DNA of 64,000 bases, from NCBI GenBank assembly GCA_946500615.1, contig CAMMWP010000004.1, positions 4,585-68,584 of the forward strand, written 5' to 3'. Below, piece after piece: positions 63,622-64,000 of the stretch; position 1 is the stretch's first letter, and every line of letters begins with the position of its first letter. The notes beneath the pieces were generated by a model. It saw only the letters and a program-made list of their open reading frames with translations. It ran no database searches and was not told where the DNA came from. The stretch comes from an uncultured Clostridium sp. Its GTDB lineage: Bacteria > Bacillota > Clostridia > TANB77 > CAG-508. Made by a program: the position numbers and the translations under genes.

Positions 63622-64000
63622 ATGGAGACTATACTATTAGTAGAAGATGATAAAAACATCTCTAATACAGTTTCTTATTATTTGCAATCAAAAGGATATG
63701 GTATTTATACAGCAAAAACGGTAAAAGAAGCAATTGAGAAAATGAGATGTCATGCGTATGATTTATTATTACTAGATATTAATTTACCAGATGGAACAGG
63801 ATATGATGTATATCAAGAAATGAAAACCATACAAGAAATTCCAACGATATTTTTAACAGCATTAGATGAAGAAAAAGATATTGTGAAAGGATTTGACTTA
63901 GGAGCAGATGACTATATTACAAAACCATTTCATGCAGGAGAGTTATTATCTAGGATAAAAAATGTGATAAGACACAATCTAAAAAAAGAAAAACAAGAAA
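63622..64000 (+). CDS. Response regulator (receiver domain; 3' end beyond the window)
   Basis: The ATG follows AAGGGGGAG. ILLVEDD, LLLLDINLPDGTG, IFLTA and ADDYITKPF motifs. The ORF is open to the window edge. Confidence 0.85.
   Translation, partial: METILLVEDDKNISNTVSYYLQSKGYGIYTAKTVKEAIEKMRCHAYDLLLLDINLPDGTGYDVYQEMKTIQEIPTIFLTALDEEKDIVKGFDLGADDYITKPFHAGELLSRIKNVIRHNLKKEKQE

Overview
This is an AT-rich chromosomal segment from a spore-forming, low-GC Firmicute (Clostridia-like). Most of it is housekeeping backbone on the + strand. That includes a T-box-controlled pheS/pheT operon, ylxM-ffh-rpsP-KH-rimM-trmD-rplS, queA-tgt, a partial FASII cluster (fabH-fabD-fabG-fabF-accB-fabZ), pfkA, an aldehyde dehydrogenase with fucO, and a T-box-controlled valS. 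On the - strand are dapB-dapA and a deacetylase/DD-carboxypeptidase pair. I found no rRNA, tRNA or CRISPR array.

The notable non-backbone content is as follows.
1. At the left edge, a large serine recombinase gene ends 74 bp before the start-less 3' third of cotJC. This looks like a skin-like intervening element in a sporulation gene.
2. A 2792-aa M26-type zinc metallopeptidase carries an N-terminal cohesin, an internal LPYTG sorting signal, a two-helix hairpin and then a dockerin. This suggests a self-docking surface enzyme.
3. A GT2 synthase, a GT39-like transferase and a CBM/HExxH protein form an envelope-glycan cluster.
4. A decaying ~6-kb island between fabZ and pfkA encodes secreted proteins that share a pilin-like leader but have different C-terminal domains. 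It also holds XRE regulators and recombinase and FGE-domain relics.
5. At least three families of structured intergenic repeats are present. They include nested and palindromic copies and copies that abut TAG stop codons.
6. Single-base frameshifts interrupt ffh and cwlJ, and the ogt copy is decayed.
7. A Lsa-like ABC-F gene, an L19 with an acidic tail, and orphan ORFs inside the pheST operon are also present.

All domain calls come from motif recognition by eye. No searches were run.
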